Shown piece by piece: positions 1 through 7,819 of a stretch of 38,775 nt of DNA. Numbering within the stretch: the stretch's first letter is position 1; the number at the start of each line of letters is the position of its first letter. The stretch covers positions 1-38,775 of the IMG/VR virus record IMGVR_UViG_3300048848_000233. One strand, written 5' to 3'. The stretch comes from a virus (Duplodnaviria; Caudoviricetes). Both the position numbers and the translations under genes were made by a program. The notes beneath the pieces were generated by a model, which saw only the letters and a list, made by a program, of their open reading frames with translations, searched no databases and had not been told where the DNA came from.

Positions 1-45
1 TTTCTGCTTGAGACGCCCCGACTGGTAGCCTGTGCTACCGACCAA

Positions 46-118
46 GGGGCTATAGCGCAGTTGGTAGCGCGTCTCGTTCGCATCGAGAAGGTCAGGGGTT
101 CGATTCCCCTTAGCTCCA
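46..118 (+). tRNA. tRNA-Ala(CGC), integration target; its 3' end is the probable attL core
   Basis: GGGGCTA/TAGCTCC acceptor stem with the G3:U70 pair, anticodon arm TCTCG-TT CGC AT-CGAGA, T arm AGGGG-TTCGATT-CCCCT; no encoded CCA; integrase follows immediately. Confidence 0.97.
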
Positions 119-167
119 CAAGAATACCGCAGGTCAGAGACCTGTCGAAGGCCTAGACCGGATTCCC

Positions 168-187
168 GTCAACATTCCGGTCAACAT
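168..187 (+). promoter_or_regulatory. Probable integrase arm-type binding sites (direct repeat GTCAACAT x2)
   Basis: GTCAACAT at 168-175 and 180-187, between the att core and int; the integrase has an N-terminal arm-binding-like domain. Confidence 0.55.
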
Positions 188-206
188 CCGGACTAGGATG
201 CCCGGC

Positions 207-1349
207 ATGGCATCCATCCGTGAACGCAAGAAGGCTGACGGAACCAAGTACTGGTCCGTCATCTACCGCGACGGCGGCAAGCAGACCTCCACCACCTTCG
301 GCGACTTCGCCGAGGCCACCCAGTTCGCCGACCTCGCCAAGAAGTTCGGCATCAAGAACGCGCTGGAGGCCGTGAAGGCTGCGCAGCGCACGGGGTCCAC
401 CGGCATCACGGTGGGCGAGTGGATCAGGCATCACCTCGACCACCTGACCGGCGTCGACCCGGGGACGATCACCAAGTACGAGGCGTACCTCCGGAACGAC
501 ATCGCCGAGTCTCTCGGCCCGATGCCGCTGACCGCGCTGACCCGGGACCACATCGCCCAGTGGATGAAGGGCATGCAGGAGCCCAACGCGAAGGGCAGAG
601 TCGTGTCTGCGAAGACGATCCAGAACAAGCACGGCTTCTTGGCCGGATGCCTCAACGCCGCCGTCTCCGCCGGACACATTCCGGCAAACGCCGCACTCGG
701 TATGGGCATGCCACGCGATGACGAAGAACGTGAGCCGATCTTCCTGACCCGCGAGCAGTTCGGTCTCCTGCACGCCAGCGTCACCGAGTACTGGCAGCCG
801 CTGGTGGAGTTCCTGGTGGCCTCCGGCTGCCGCTGGGGCGAGGCTGTCGGCCTTCGGCCCGCCGACATCGACGCCGACGCCGGGACAGTCCGGATCGCCC
901 GGTCGTGGAAGTACGGCGGAGCTGAGATCGGCTACAAGCTCGGTCGCACCAAGACGAAGAAATCCAAGCGCACCATCAACGTCCCGGCCTCCACGCTGGC
1001 CAAGCTCGACCTCAGCCCAGACCGCGAGTTCGTCTTCCTCAACCGTGCCGGTGGTCCGGTCCGTGCCCAGGGCTTCTTCAATCGGATCTGGACACCGGCA
1101 CTGGAGAGGGCCTGGCCGTCGGTCGACGCCGACGGCAACCCGGTGAAGGACCCCTTCCGGCCCCGGGTCCACGATCTCCGGCATACGAACGCGAGCTGGC
1201 AGATCCAGGCCGGTGTCCCGCTGCCGGTGGTGCAGCAGCACCTGGGCCACGAGTCGATCACGACCACGATCAACACCTACGGCCACCTGGACCGGTCCTC
1301 CATGAAGCTCGCTGCCGAAGCCATCGGCTCTGTGTTGGCACCGGCCTGA
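207..1349 (+). CDS. int: Tyrosine integrase
   Basis: SGCRWGE (catalytic R), TKTKKSKR (K), HDLRH, LGHESI...Y motifs; ATG207 preferred to 198 because TAGGAT (194-199) lies 7 nt upstream, a leaderless layout. Confidence 0.96.
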   Translation: MASIRERKKADGTKYWSVIYRDGGKQTSTTFGDFAEATQFADLAKKFGIKNALEAVKAAQRTGSTGITVGEWIRHHLDHLTGVDPGTITKYEAYLRNDIAESLGPMPLTALTRDHIAQWMKGMQEPNAKGRVVSAKTIQNKHGFLAGCLNAAVSAGHIPANAALGMGMPRDDEEREPIFLTREQFGLLHASVTEYWQPLVEFLVASGCRWGEAVGLRPADIDADAGTVRIARSWKYGGAEIGYKLGRTKTKKSKRTINVPASTLAKLDLSPDREFVFLNRAGGPVRAQGFFNRIWTPALERAWPSVDADGNPVKDPFRPRVHDLRHTNASWQIQAGVPLPVVQQHLGHESITTTINTYGHLDRSSMKLAAEAIGSVLAPA

Positions 1350-1401
1350 GACCTATAGACGGCCTACAGCGAAGTACAACTCCACACCGCACGACCCGAA
1401 G

Positions 1402-1440
1402 AAGGCCCCTCCCTGTTTATGCAGGCGAGGGGCCTTTTGC
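1402..1440 (+). terminator. Intrinsic terminator after int
   Basis: AAGGCCCCTC...GAGGGGCCTT stem followed by TT. Confidence 0.75.
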
Positions 1441-1543
1441 TGTCTCAGTCACCCTATAGTTGACTCCAACGTTTCTGACCTCGGATCATTCCGCTCCGTC
1501 ATGAAAGATGAAGCAGGACAATAGATCCCGACGACTCATCTAC

Positions 1544-1573
1544 TTGACGAACAAGCAACAGCGCGCCTAACCT
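1544..1573 (+). promoter_or_regulatory. SigA-like early rightward promoter
   Basis: TTGACG-18 nt-TAACCT upstream of the early operon. Confidence 0.6.
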
Positions 1574-1580
1574 GGGCGGC

Positions 1581-1730
1581 GGAAGTCACGTCGGGACCCG
1601 TCAGAGGCCGGTGGCAACCAGATCGTCTGAGCCTCACAGGCACCGGTGGTATCAGACGGCGTGATTCCCGAGACCGGATGCAGCCAGATTCATCTCCCAT
1701 GACTGCTCGCTGTCCATCCGCGTCGTCTCG
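1581..1730 (+). ncRNA. Structured 5' leader RNA (two helical domains)
   Basis: 1581-1592 pairs with 1658-1668; 1625-1630 with 1652-1657; long hairpin 1669-1730 ends at the AAGGA SD. Confidence 0.45.
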
Positions 1731-1742
1731 AAGGACTCCGCT

Positions 1743-1952
1743 GTGTCGACCACTCAAGCACGTGCTCGCGTCGCTGTTCTCTCCCGGCATCATCCCCACG
1801 ATCACCCTGAGCTGATCGCAGCCCGTCGCCAACTGCGCGACATCGTTCTGATCGACTCGATCACCAAGGCCCTCGCCAAGGCCGGACCGATTCCCGCAGA
1901 CCTGAAGCGTCAGGCCGCTGCCCTGGTGGACGCCACGGAGGTCGCTGCCTGA
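1743..1952 (+). CDS. phiRv1 Rv1584c-like small protein (recombination directionality factor family)
   Basis: ARVAVLSRHHPHDHPELIAAR resembles my recollection of Rv1584c (GRVAALSRSRASDDPEFIAAK); AAGGA SD. Confidence 0.65.
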   Translation: MSTTQARARVAVLSRHHPHDHPELIAARRQLRDIVLIDSITKALAKAGPIPADLKRQAAALVDATEVAA

Positions 1953-2194
1953 TGGTGACGACCTACACGACCGCAGAGGTCGCCGACAAGCTGGGCTGTG
2001 CAGAGCGTTGGCTCCAGGATCAACTGCGCGCCGGTCGATTCCGGGGCCGGAAGATCGGACGGAATTGGCGGATGACCGATTCCGATGTCCAGTTCGCTCT
2101 CGATGTCTGCGCCAACAAGGTCGTGACCGTCGTCGCCGACGTCGCACCGGCCTTCTCCAGCCTGAGCAAGACCTCTCGCCGGAGGTTGGGCTGA
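1952..2194 (+). CDS. xis: HTH_17/MerR-like excisionase or Cro-like DNA-binding protein
   Basis: YTTAEVADKLGCAERWL...GRFRGRKIGRNWRM pattern; TGATG coupling. Confidence 0.8.
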   Translation: MVTTYTTAEVADKLGCAERWLQDQLRAGRFRGRKIGRNWRMTDSDVQFALDVCANKVVTVVADVAPAFSSLSKTSRRRLG

Positions 2195-2199
2195 TTCTC

Positions 2200-2232
2200 A
2201 AGACCCGGAAGCCGCAGTGGCCCCGGGTCTTC
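2200..2232 (+). other. Hairpin (possible terminator or attenuator)
   Basis: AAGACCCGG...CCGGGTCTT inverted repeat after xis. Confidence 0.4.
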
Positions 2233-2317
2233 GGCCTATAGAGGCCACAAAGTCGGCGGTAGTCCGCCGTGATGAAACGCCAAGTGGCAGCCAACCTCAC
2301 TGAAGGAACTGCCTGAC

Positions 2318-2716
2318 ATGAACGAAACTTGGAGAACGGTGCCGGGATTCGAGAACCACATCGAGGTATCGAGTCTGGGACGGCTGCGCACCGTCGACCG
2401 CGAGATCACGCTGACTCGCCGAGGAGTCGAGCAGACACGCAGGCTCACGGGCCGCGTCGTGCCGCTGTTCCCCTCCTCCAAGGGGTATCTCCGTGCCTCA
2501 ATCCGGATCGATGGCCGGAACAGAAACATTCCGGTCCACCGAGCCGTCCTGCTGGCCTTCCGTGGCCCCTGCCCTGCCGGAATGCAGGCATGTCACGGCG
2601 ACGACGACAAGAGCCGGAACACCTTGGCGAATCTGCGTTGGGACACACCGGAAGCCAACATTCTCGATCGCCGTGCCAACGGCGGCTACAACTTCAAGAG
2701 CCGGAGTGCTGCCTGA
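2318..2716 (+). CDS. NUMOD4 + HNH homing endonuclease
   Basis: ETWRTVPGFE..EVSSLGRLR (NUMOD4) and VHRAV...CHGDDDKSRN..ANLRW (HNH_3). Confidence 0.88.
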   Translation: MNETWRTVPGFENHIEVSSLGRLRTVDREITLTRRGVEQTRRLTGRVVPLFPSSKGYLRASIRIDGRNRNIPVHRAVLLAFRGPCPAGMQACHGDDDKSRNTLANLRWDTPEANILDRRANGGYNFKSRSAA

Positions 2717-3639
2717 TGTCCAACTGCGCTGTCTGCAAGTCCGAGTCGAGCCTGTACCTCTGCGAGGACCACATCGGCTATCTCCGGGACAGCCTGGGTG
2801 AGTTCCCCTGGCTCCTCGACCAGCTCGACGTCACGATCACCCGGCAGGACCGGATCAACACCGGAGCGATCGGGAAGTCCAACGACATCCCGAACCCGTA
2901 CAACGTCGGTGCGAGCCGACTGGCCAGCGAGGTCACGATCCTGTTGGCCCGCTGGGTCACCAACCTCGTGGTCGACCAGGGTCTGAGGTTCATGCCACCG
3001 AGGACTGTCGGCAGCCAGTTCGTCGGCCCGCTGCTGCCGTTCTGGCGTCGACTTGGCGCTGGTTACTCCGGCAGCCCAACGCAGCATGCACGCTGGCTCC
3101 ATCACCACGTTCGGGTCCTCGCCGGACGCGAGGACGTCGGCGACTTCTTCAAGGCCGTCATCGGCCTCGTCGGAGACCCGGACCGACCGAGCATCCCGGG
3201 TCGTCTGGTGGCCGCGATCAACAAGCGGACCCGGATCTTCGCCGGAATGTGCCCTCGTGTCTTCGGTTACGGCGACGAGGGTGAGGAACTGACGTGCGAA
3301 GCCACGATCTACGCACTCGACGGAGCGACCGAGGCGACTTGTTCCCGGGCTGGTTGTGGAGAAGTCGTCAACGTCGCTCAGAACCGTATGCGGGCGAAGA
3401 TGTCGCGAGATCTGATGCCGGAGACTCAGCTGCTGGAGACTCTCCACAACATCGGTGAGGACCTCCCTCGCGTGAGGTTCTACGACTGGAAGTCCCAGGG
3501 ACGCATCCACGTTCTGGGTTACCTGCATGACGGCCAGATCGTCCCGCAGAAGGTCAGGCACAAGGACGCTCAGGTCTTCTCGCTCAACCAGGTCCGGCAC
3601 CTGATCTGGCAGGCCGACATCGAGGCGAAGGCATCATGA
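2716..3639 (+). CDS. Conserved actinophage Zn-binding protein with C-terminal HTH-like region (possible late-gene regulator)
   Basis: Start reassigned to ATG2716 (TGATG overlap); CxxC...C..H N-terminus, second Cys cluster, C-terminal RVRFYDWKSQGRI. Confidence 0.7.
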   Translation: MSNCAVCKSESSLYLCEDHIGYLRDSLGEFPWLLDQLDVTITRQDRINTGAIGKSNDIPNPYNVGASRLASEVTILLARWVTNLVVDQGLRFMPPRTVGSQFVGPLLPFWRRLGAGYSGSPTQHARWLHHHVRVLAGREDVGDFFKAVIGLVGDPDRPSIPGRLVAAINKRTRIFAGMCPRVFGYGDEGEELTCEATIYALDGATEATCSRAGCGEVVNVAQNRMRAKMSRDLMPETQLLETLHNIGEDLPRVRFYDWKSQGRIHVLGYLHDGQIVPQKVRHKDAQVFSLNQVRHLIWQADIEAKAS

Positions 3640-4397
3640 CCAACGCCGAACAGAACGTCCTCGACGCCATCGACCAGCTGGAGGTCGATGAGATCGACGA
3701 TCTGGTCGACTGGCAGCTGGGCAACTACGCCAACCGCTCCGGCTACGACTACGACGTCAACCAGGTCGCCTGCGATCTCTGTGGAGACGACTGGCACGGA
3801 TTGCCGGAGTACGGCTGTCCAGGAGCCGCTGCAAGCGACGAACAGCGTCAGGAGTACCTGGGACGCCCGGGACGCCACCACGGCGTCTTCGTCGACCAGG
3901 TGGAGTCGGTTCGCATCAGCGACGGATACAACCTCGCCGACATCGAGCGCATGCGAGGCGGATTCAGCCGCAGCCGGACCCGTCCGACCGTCCGCTTCTG
4001 GACCACCGGCCCGGACAGCGGACTCCAGATGGTGCAGGGCACCTTGGACCTCTCCTCGGTCGAGCGCAACGGCGACAGCATGACGGTGATCGGTCATCTG
4101 CTCCCGGACACCGAAGGCATCACCATGAGGGCTTACAGCTGGCTCCCGGGCGACGATCCCGATCCGCAGCCGGTCAACGGTGTTTCGCAGGACTCGGTGA
4201 CTGCCGAGGTCGCTGTCGGCATCGGCGACGGCTTCGAACCGATCGGCTTCTGTAGCCCCGATGACATCCAGATCGACACCGATACCGAGATCGTCCGCTC
4301 CTGGGGTGGACAGACGGTGCGGGCTCGACACGAGACGACCCTGGAGTTCTCGCTGTGGGAGACCGGTCCGGCCTTCGATCGGTTGTTCCGCCCATGA
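3636..4397 (+). CDS. Hypothetical protein with CxxC-WHG motif and C-terminal tail-tube-like segment
   Basis: ATGA overlap; CDLCGDDWHGLP; the C-terminus aligns by eye with the major tail protein. Confidence 0.7.
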   Translation: MTNAEQNVLDAIDQLEVDEIDDLVDWQLGNYANRSGYDYDVNQVACDLCGDDWHGLPEYGCPGAAASDEQRQEYLGRPGRHHGVFVDQVESVRISDGYNLADIERMRGGFSRSRTRPTVRFWTTGPDSGLQMVQGTLDLSSVERNGDSMTVIGHLLPDTEGITMRAYSWLPGDDPDPQPVNGVSQDSVTAEVAVGIGDGFEPIGFCSPDDIQIDTDTEIVRSWGGQTVRARHETTLEFSLWETGPAFDRLFRP

Positions 4398-4594
4398 TCG
4401 ACGTCGAGGCCCTGTTCCCGGGCGATCCCATGGCATTCCCGACAGACGAAGAACGTGACCGTGCCGACGAAATCGTTGGCTACAAGCTCCGCCGGACCCG
4501 CGAAGGACGGCTGCCGTACTTCGTCATCCCGGCGACCAACCGGGCCTATCTGCGATCTCAGGTTCGGCGATGGGCGGCGCGGAATGGCCGGTAA
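4394..4594 (+). CDS. Hypothetical protein (66 aa)
   Basis: ATGA overlap with the upstream gene. Confidence 0.55.
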   Translation: MIDVEALFPGDPMAFPTDEERDRADEIVGYKLRRTREGRLPYFVIPATNRAYLRSQVRRWAARNGR

Positions 4595-4763
4595 CCCGCT
4601 CGACGACACCAGCCGCTGGACTCTGGAGCGGTGCCGCTGTGCACGGTGCAGGCCCTCGATCGCCGAGGAGCTGAAGGACGTCCTGGCCGACGCCAACCTC
4701 ACGATCACAATTCGATGGCCCGATGAACCTGTAATCGAGCCGTCGAGCAATACGAACCAGTGA
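4584..4763 (+). CDS. Hypothetical protein (59 aa, CxCxxC)
   Basis: Overlaps the upstream stop; GC3-rich codons. Confidence 0.45.
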   Translation: MAGNPLDDTSRWTLERCRCARCRPSIAEELKDVLADANLTITIRWPDEPVIEPSSNTNQ

Positions 4764-4800
4764 GAGCCACAGAGGATCTCATTCCAAGGAGGAATAAACG

Positions 4801-5034
4801 ATGACCACGACCAAGCAGCTGTATTGGGAGACTGAGCACTTCATGACCGGTCAGACGATCCTGGACACCGTCCTGACGGCCACCGGCCCCGACGACGAAC
4901 CGCTGATGATCGGCACGGTGTACCGGAAGGGGCAGAGGTTCTGGCTGCTGTCGATCGGCACGCGCAACATCGGCGACTTCGACCGCATCGAGGCAGCGCA
5001 GCAGGCCGCTGAAGACCACTACCGCACGGTCTGA
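4801..5034 (+). CDS. Hypothetical protein (77 aa)
   Basis: Strong AAGGAGG SD; followed by a terminator-like hairpin. Confidence 0.75.
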   Translation: MTTTKQLYWETEHFMTGQTILDTVLTATGPDDEPLMIGTVYRKGQRFWLLSIGTRNIGDFDRIEAAQQAAEDHYRTV

Positions 5035-5042
5035 CAATGAGA

Positions 5043-5074
5043 AAGGCCCCGGAGCGGAATCCGGGGCCTTCTCT
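5043..5074 (+). terminator. Terminator-like hairpin
   Basis: AAGGCCCCGGA / TCCGGGGCCTT. Confidence 0.7.
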
Positions 5075-5134
5075 GCCCAACTTTGGGCTGCATTCCCAAC
5101 CACGAGAAGCACCGTTGTGAAAGGACCACTTCCA

Positions 5135-5488
5135 ATGAACGACAACACGATCGTACTTGCAGACGAGTTGGCTCAGAAGCCTTCTCACTTTCTACAGGTC
5201 GACAACGAACTGATCCAGCACTCCGGCAGGACGGCGGCACTGATCTTCGCCGTCATCAAGAAGTTGGACCCGCTGGTTGGCGACGGCGACGGGGCCACGA
5301 TCGCCGACATCAAGCGGATGCTCGACCTCGGTGACTCCACCGTTCGACGCACACTGGCCAAGCTGGAGGCCCTCGGCCTGATCCTGGCCGAGCAGAAGGA
5401 CTACAACAGCCCGAAGGTCTATGAGACCGAGTACAGCAGCTTCGCCAGCTTCCTGGTTGATCAGGAGACGGACGAGGTGCTCCCGTGA
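5135..5488 (+). CDS. Winged-helix DNA-binding protein
   Basis: ATIADIKRMLDLGDSTVRRTLAKLEALGLI HTH; GAAAGGA SD before ATG5135. Confidence 0.75.
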   Translation: MNDNTIVLADELAQKPSHFLQVDNELIQHSGRTAALIFAVIKKLDPLVGDGDGATIADIKRMLDLGDSTVRRTLAKLEALGLILAEQKDYNSPKVYETEYSSFASFLVDQETDEVLP

Positions 5489-6504
5489 GCATCACCCATG
5501 CAGAACTGATCACCGGAATCCCGGGGTGGCTCTTTGACTTCGATGCCACCGCAGTGAAGGTCTATTTGGCGCTGCGCAGCTTCGAGCGGGTCCCAGGCAA
5601 GGGGTGCTTCCCGAAGATCGACACGATCGCCAGCATGGTCGGATGCCAGCGACGCGCAACCAACAACGCGCTGAGGGCACTTCGCGACGGTGGTGCCATC
5701 GTGGTCGTCGCCCGGACCAACAAGTCCAACCAGTATTACTTTCCGGAATCACTGCAGATCGCAAGGGGTGCACCAAAATGCACCCCTGCACGAGAATGCA
5801 CCCCAGGGGTGCACCAGAATGCACACGAAGACTCATATACAGATAGAGATCAAGAAGAAGTAGATATTGATCTTCAAGAAGTAGAACTTGGGACTGGACT
5901 GGACTCACCTTCGGTGAGCACTGCCGCCTCCGGCGGCGGAGGGCTCCGCCTGGAGGAGATCCAGGTGGTTTCCCAGGGACTGGCGCAGAAGCGGGGTCAC
6001 CGCACAGCACCTGGAGAAGCCACCGGAACGCGCCGGAACATTTTCACCGCGCCGGAATCTCGCCCAGGCTCCGCCCGAGCCTCGGTCACCCTGGAGCGCT
6101 ACCGGATGCCGCTCGACGACCCAGATCTGGAGCAGATGGCCATCGACATCCTGGAGCTGCTCGACAAGCTCAACGTCCGTCACGGAGGCCGTCCGATCAC
6201 CCCGGGGTCTCGCCCGAGTCAGCTGACTTCCAGCCGCCTCCTGGTGGCCCTGGACAAGGTGAACGTGGCCGAGACCCTCGATGCCGTCCGTTGGGCCTTC
6301 AGCGAGGCTCCTGGGGCCTCAAAGTGGCCCAAGAGGATCCCCAAGGCCTACGAGCTTCGCCGTCACCACCACCGGCTGGTCGAGGAGTTCCGCAAGGCCT
6401 CGGTCGCCGACATCACTGGCGAGCATCCGACGCCGGTCCCCGAACGGCAGCGCACACCGGAGGAACAGGCTGCGCTGCGTGTCCGACTGGAGAATCACCG
6501 ATGA
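5485..6504 (+). CDS. Replication initiator (N-terminal HTH_36-like domain, lambda O-like organisation)
   Basis: CFPKIDTIASMVG..RRATNNALRAL HTH, internal iteron block, C-terminal AVRWAF...W...I...ELR helical domain. Confidence 0.75.
   Translation: MSITHAELITGIPGWLFDFDATAVKVYLALRSFERVPGKGCFPKIDTIASMVGCQRRATNNALRALRDGGAIVVVARTNKSNQYYFPESLQIARGAPKCTPARECTPGVHQNAHEDSYTDRDQEEVDIDLQEVELGTGLDSPSVSTAASGGGGLRLEEIQVVSQGLAQKRGHRTAPGEATGTRRNIFTAPESRPGSARASVTLERYRMPLDDPDLEQMAIDILELLDKLNVRHGGRPITPGSRPSQLTSSRLLVALDKVNVAETLDAVRWAFSEAPGASKWPKRIPKAYELRRHHHRLVEEFRKASVADITGEHPTPVPERQRTPEEQAALRVRLENHR
5765..5890. repeat. Putative origin: TGCAC iterons plus purine/AT-rich tract inside the initiator gene
   Basis: Six TGCAC copies in three units such as GGGGTGCACCAAAATGCACCCC (5765-5827), followed by an A-rich tract. 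Confidence 0.7.
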
Positions 6505-6722
6505 CCCGACATCGTGGGCACAAGAACGCTGCACAGCGCGAAGCCGACGCCAAACGACAGGACGAGATCTCGGCTCAGACCCAGCGAGATGCCGCCGACC
6601 TCCGCTGGAACACCTTCGTGGATGCCATGGTCGACATCGCCGCCGTATTGGCCTCCAGGAGCCCCGCGCAGCGCACAACGGCATCCTCCACGGTGGATGA
6701 CACCCGGGAGGCTCAGCGATGA
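6501..6722 (+). CDS. Hypothetical protein (73 aa)
   Basis: ATGA overlap, GGAG SD. Confidence 0.55.
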   Translation: MTRHRGHKNAAQREADAKRQDEISAQTQRDAADLRWNTFVDAMVDIAAVLASRSPAQRTTASSTVDDTREAQR

Positions 6723-6862
6723 GGACACGACGCCACCTCCGCCTGGTCTCCAGCTGCCCGCACGCTGAGCTTGAAGTATTCCGCCGCGGAATGCGAAACA
6801 CGTTGTTTTGCTGCCACTGTGGCGAGGTCATCGAGAAGGATCTACCGCTCTACGTGAAGTAG
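6719..6862 (+). CDS. Small CxxC protein (47 aa, not in the ORF track)
   Basis: ATGA overlap, GGGAGG SD, MRTRRHLRLVSSCPHAELEVFRRGMRNTLFCCHCGEVIEKDLPLYVK. Confidence 0.55.
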   Translation: MRTRRHLRLVSSCPHAELEVFRRGMRNTLFCCHCGEVIEKDLPLYVK

Positions 6863-6938
6863 GATCGAGCTGGTCGCAGGCCGAAGTCAGTCGGTTACCA
6901 AGTGGCTCTGCAGGTTCGAATCCTGCCCGCCGATCTCC
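6862..6938 (+). pseudogene. Degenerate tRNA-like element
   Basis: Perfect T arm GCAGG-TTCGAAT-CCTGC, anticodon-like loop TTACCAA, imperfect acceptor and D arms. Confidence 0.5.
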
Positions 6939-7023
6939 GGATCGTCGGTACATAACCGGTCGACATGAACATGTCTGCGACAGCCAAATTAGCTGGGACA
7001 CGCCGCTGTTCGGCCCTGGATTG

Positions 7024-7052
7024 TTGAAATACCTCACTGACCAGCGTAGATT
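7024..7052 (+). promoter_or_regulatory. SigA-like promoter, candidate late promoter
   Basis: TTGAAA-17 nt-TAGATT at the head of the long rightward late gene array. Confidence 0.6.
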
Positions 7053-7160
7053 GGTCTTTGTCGGGCTAGAGGTGTGTCTACACCCCGAAATTCGCCCATA
7101 ATCCCAGGTTAACCAGCCTTGCTGGAATGGCTGCGCCTTCTCCGTATCAGGAGGCTGATC

Positions 7161-7325
7161 GTGCCGAAGCCCAACAGAGTCATCGACGATCGCCTGAAGA
7201 TCGCCAGTGCTTCCTTCCGGGGAGCACGTGAACGCAATGACGCAGTGCTGACCGACTTCTGGAGCCGTGAGGTCGACAGACTCCTCGACGCCAAGAACGA
7301 CGCGAAGGCCATGGCACCGACATGA
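7161..7325 (+). CDS. Hypothetical protein (54 aa)
   Basis: AGGAGG SD before GTG7161. Confidence 0.6.
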   Translation: MPKPNRVIDDRLKIASASFRGARERNDAVLTDFWSREVDRLLDAKNDAKAMAPT

Positions 7326-7396
7326 ACCTCGACCGGGCCTTGCTCCTCGGCTTCGTGATCTGCCTGGGGCTCTTCATCTTCACGATCCTGATCTGA
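7322..7396 (+). CDS. 24-aa single-TM peptide
   Basis: ATGA overlap; MNLDRALLLGFVICLGLFIFTILI. Confidence 0.45.
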   Translation: MNLDRALLLGFVICLGLFIFTILI

Positions 7397-7411
7397 CCCC
7401 AGGAGGTCCCA

Positions 7412-7816
7412 GTGCCGCTGACTCACTTCACGGTGACCGGCAAGATCCAGGCCGTCATCTCCGACAGCGCAGATGCCGGTGGAGATCCCGATCTCCAGAA
7501 CGTCTCCTGCACAGTGTGGTTCCGGCCCTCGGTCCGCCAAGTCCACTCCTCCGTCGACGGTGTGGTCTACCGGCTGGCCGACATCCGAGCCCGCACCAAC
7601 ATCGACGACGGTCAGCTCAAGACGATCGACGGATCAGCAGTCTCGCTGCCTGCCAACACCGCAGTGCTGGGACTCCCAGAGCTTCGGTACCGAGTCGACT
7701 TCGAAGACATCGTGTACAACCGCGAAGCTGAGCCGCTGATCGAGAGCTTCGAGTTCATTGCTCCGACGTCGGCCACCACGGTCGACTTCTCCACGGTGCA
7801 GCGCTTCCCCGTCTGA
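7412..7816 (+). CDS. Hypothetical beta-rich protein resembling N-termini of actinophage minor tail proteins
   Basis: AGGAGG SD; VTGK....ISDSAD...DPD...V.F.P pattern. Confidence 0.65.
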   Translation: MPLTHFTVTGKIQAVISDSADAGGDPDLQNVSCTVWFRPSVRQVHSSVDGVVYRLADIRARTNIDDGQLKTIDGSAVSLPANTAVLGLPELRYRVDFEDIVYNREAEPLIESFEFIAPTSATTVDFSTVQRFPV

Positions 7817-7819
7817 CCC

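Noticed and set aside
97-156. Open frame through the tRNA 3' end (GSIPLSSTRIPQVRDLSKA*) suggesting integration-dependent immunity with attP inside a repressor
   Set aside because: Int has an arm-binding N-terminus, an Xis is present and the early genes are on the same side as int, unlike that system; it cannot be tested without attR
153-1286. Long minus-strand ORFs opposite int and structural genes (also 12879-14648, 21330-24284, 28773-31529)
   Set aside because: Antisense shadows of GC3-rich genes; the plus-strand products carry the recognisable motifs
2329-2715. N-terminal extension of the 436-aa ORF in the track
   Set aside because: It overlaps the NUMOD4/HNH gene; the coupled ATG at 2716 is the plausible start
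1940-2716. C-terminal ...AA ends (EVAA, RSAA) as ssrA-like degradation tags
   Set aside because: Explained by the SD plus overlap sequence of the next gene (GGAGGTCGCTGCCTGATG, GGAGTGCTGCCTGATG)
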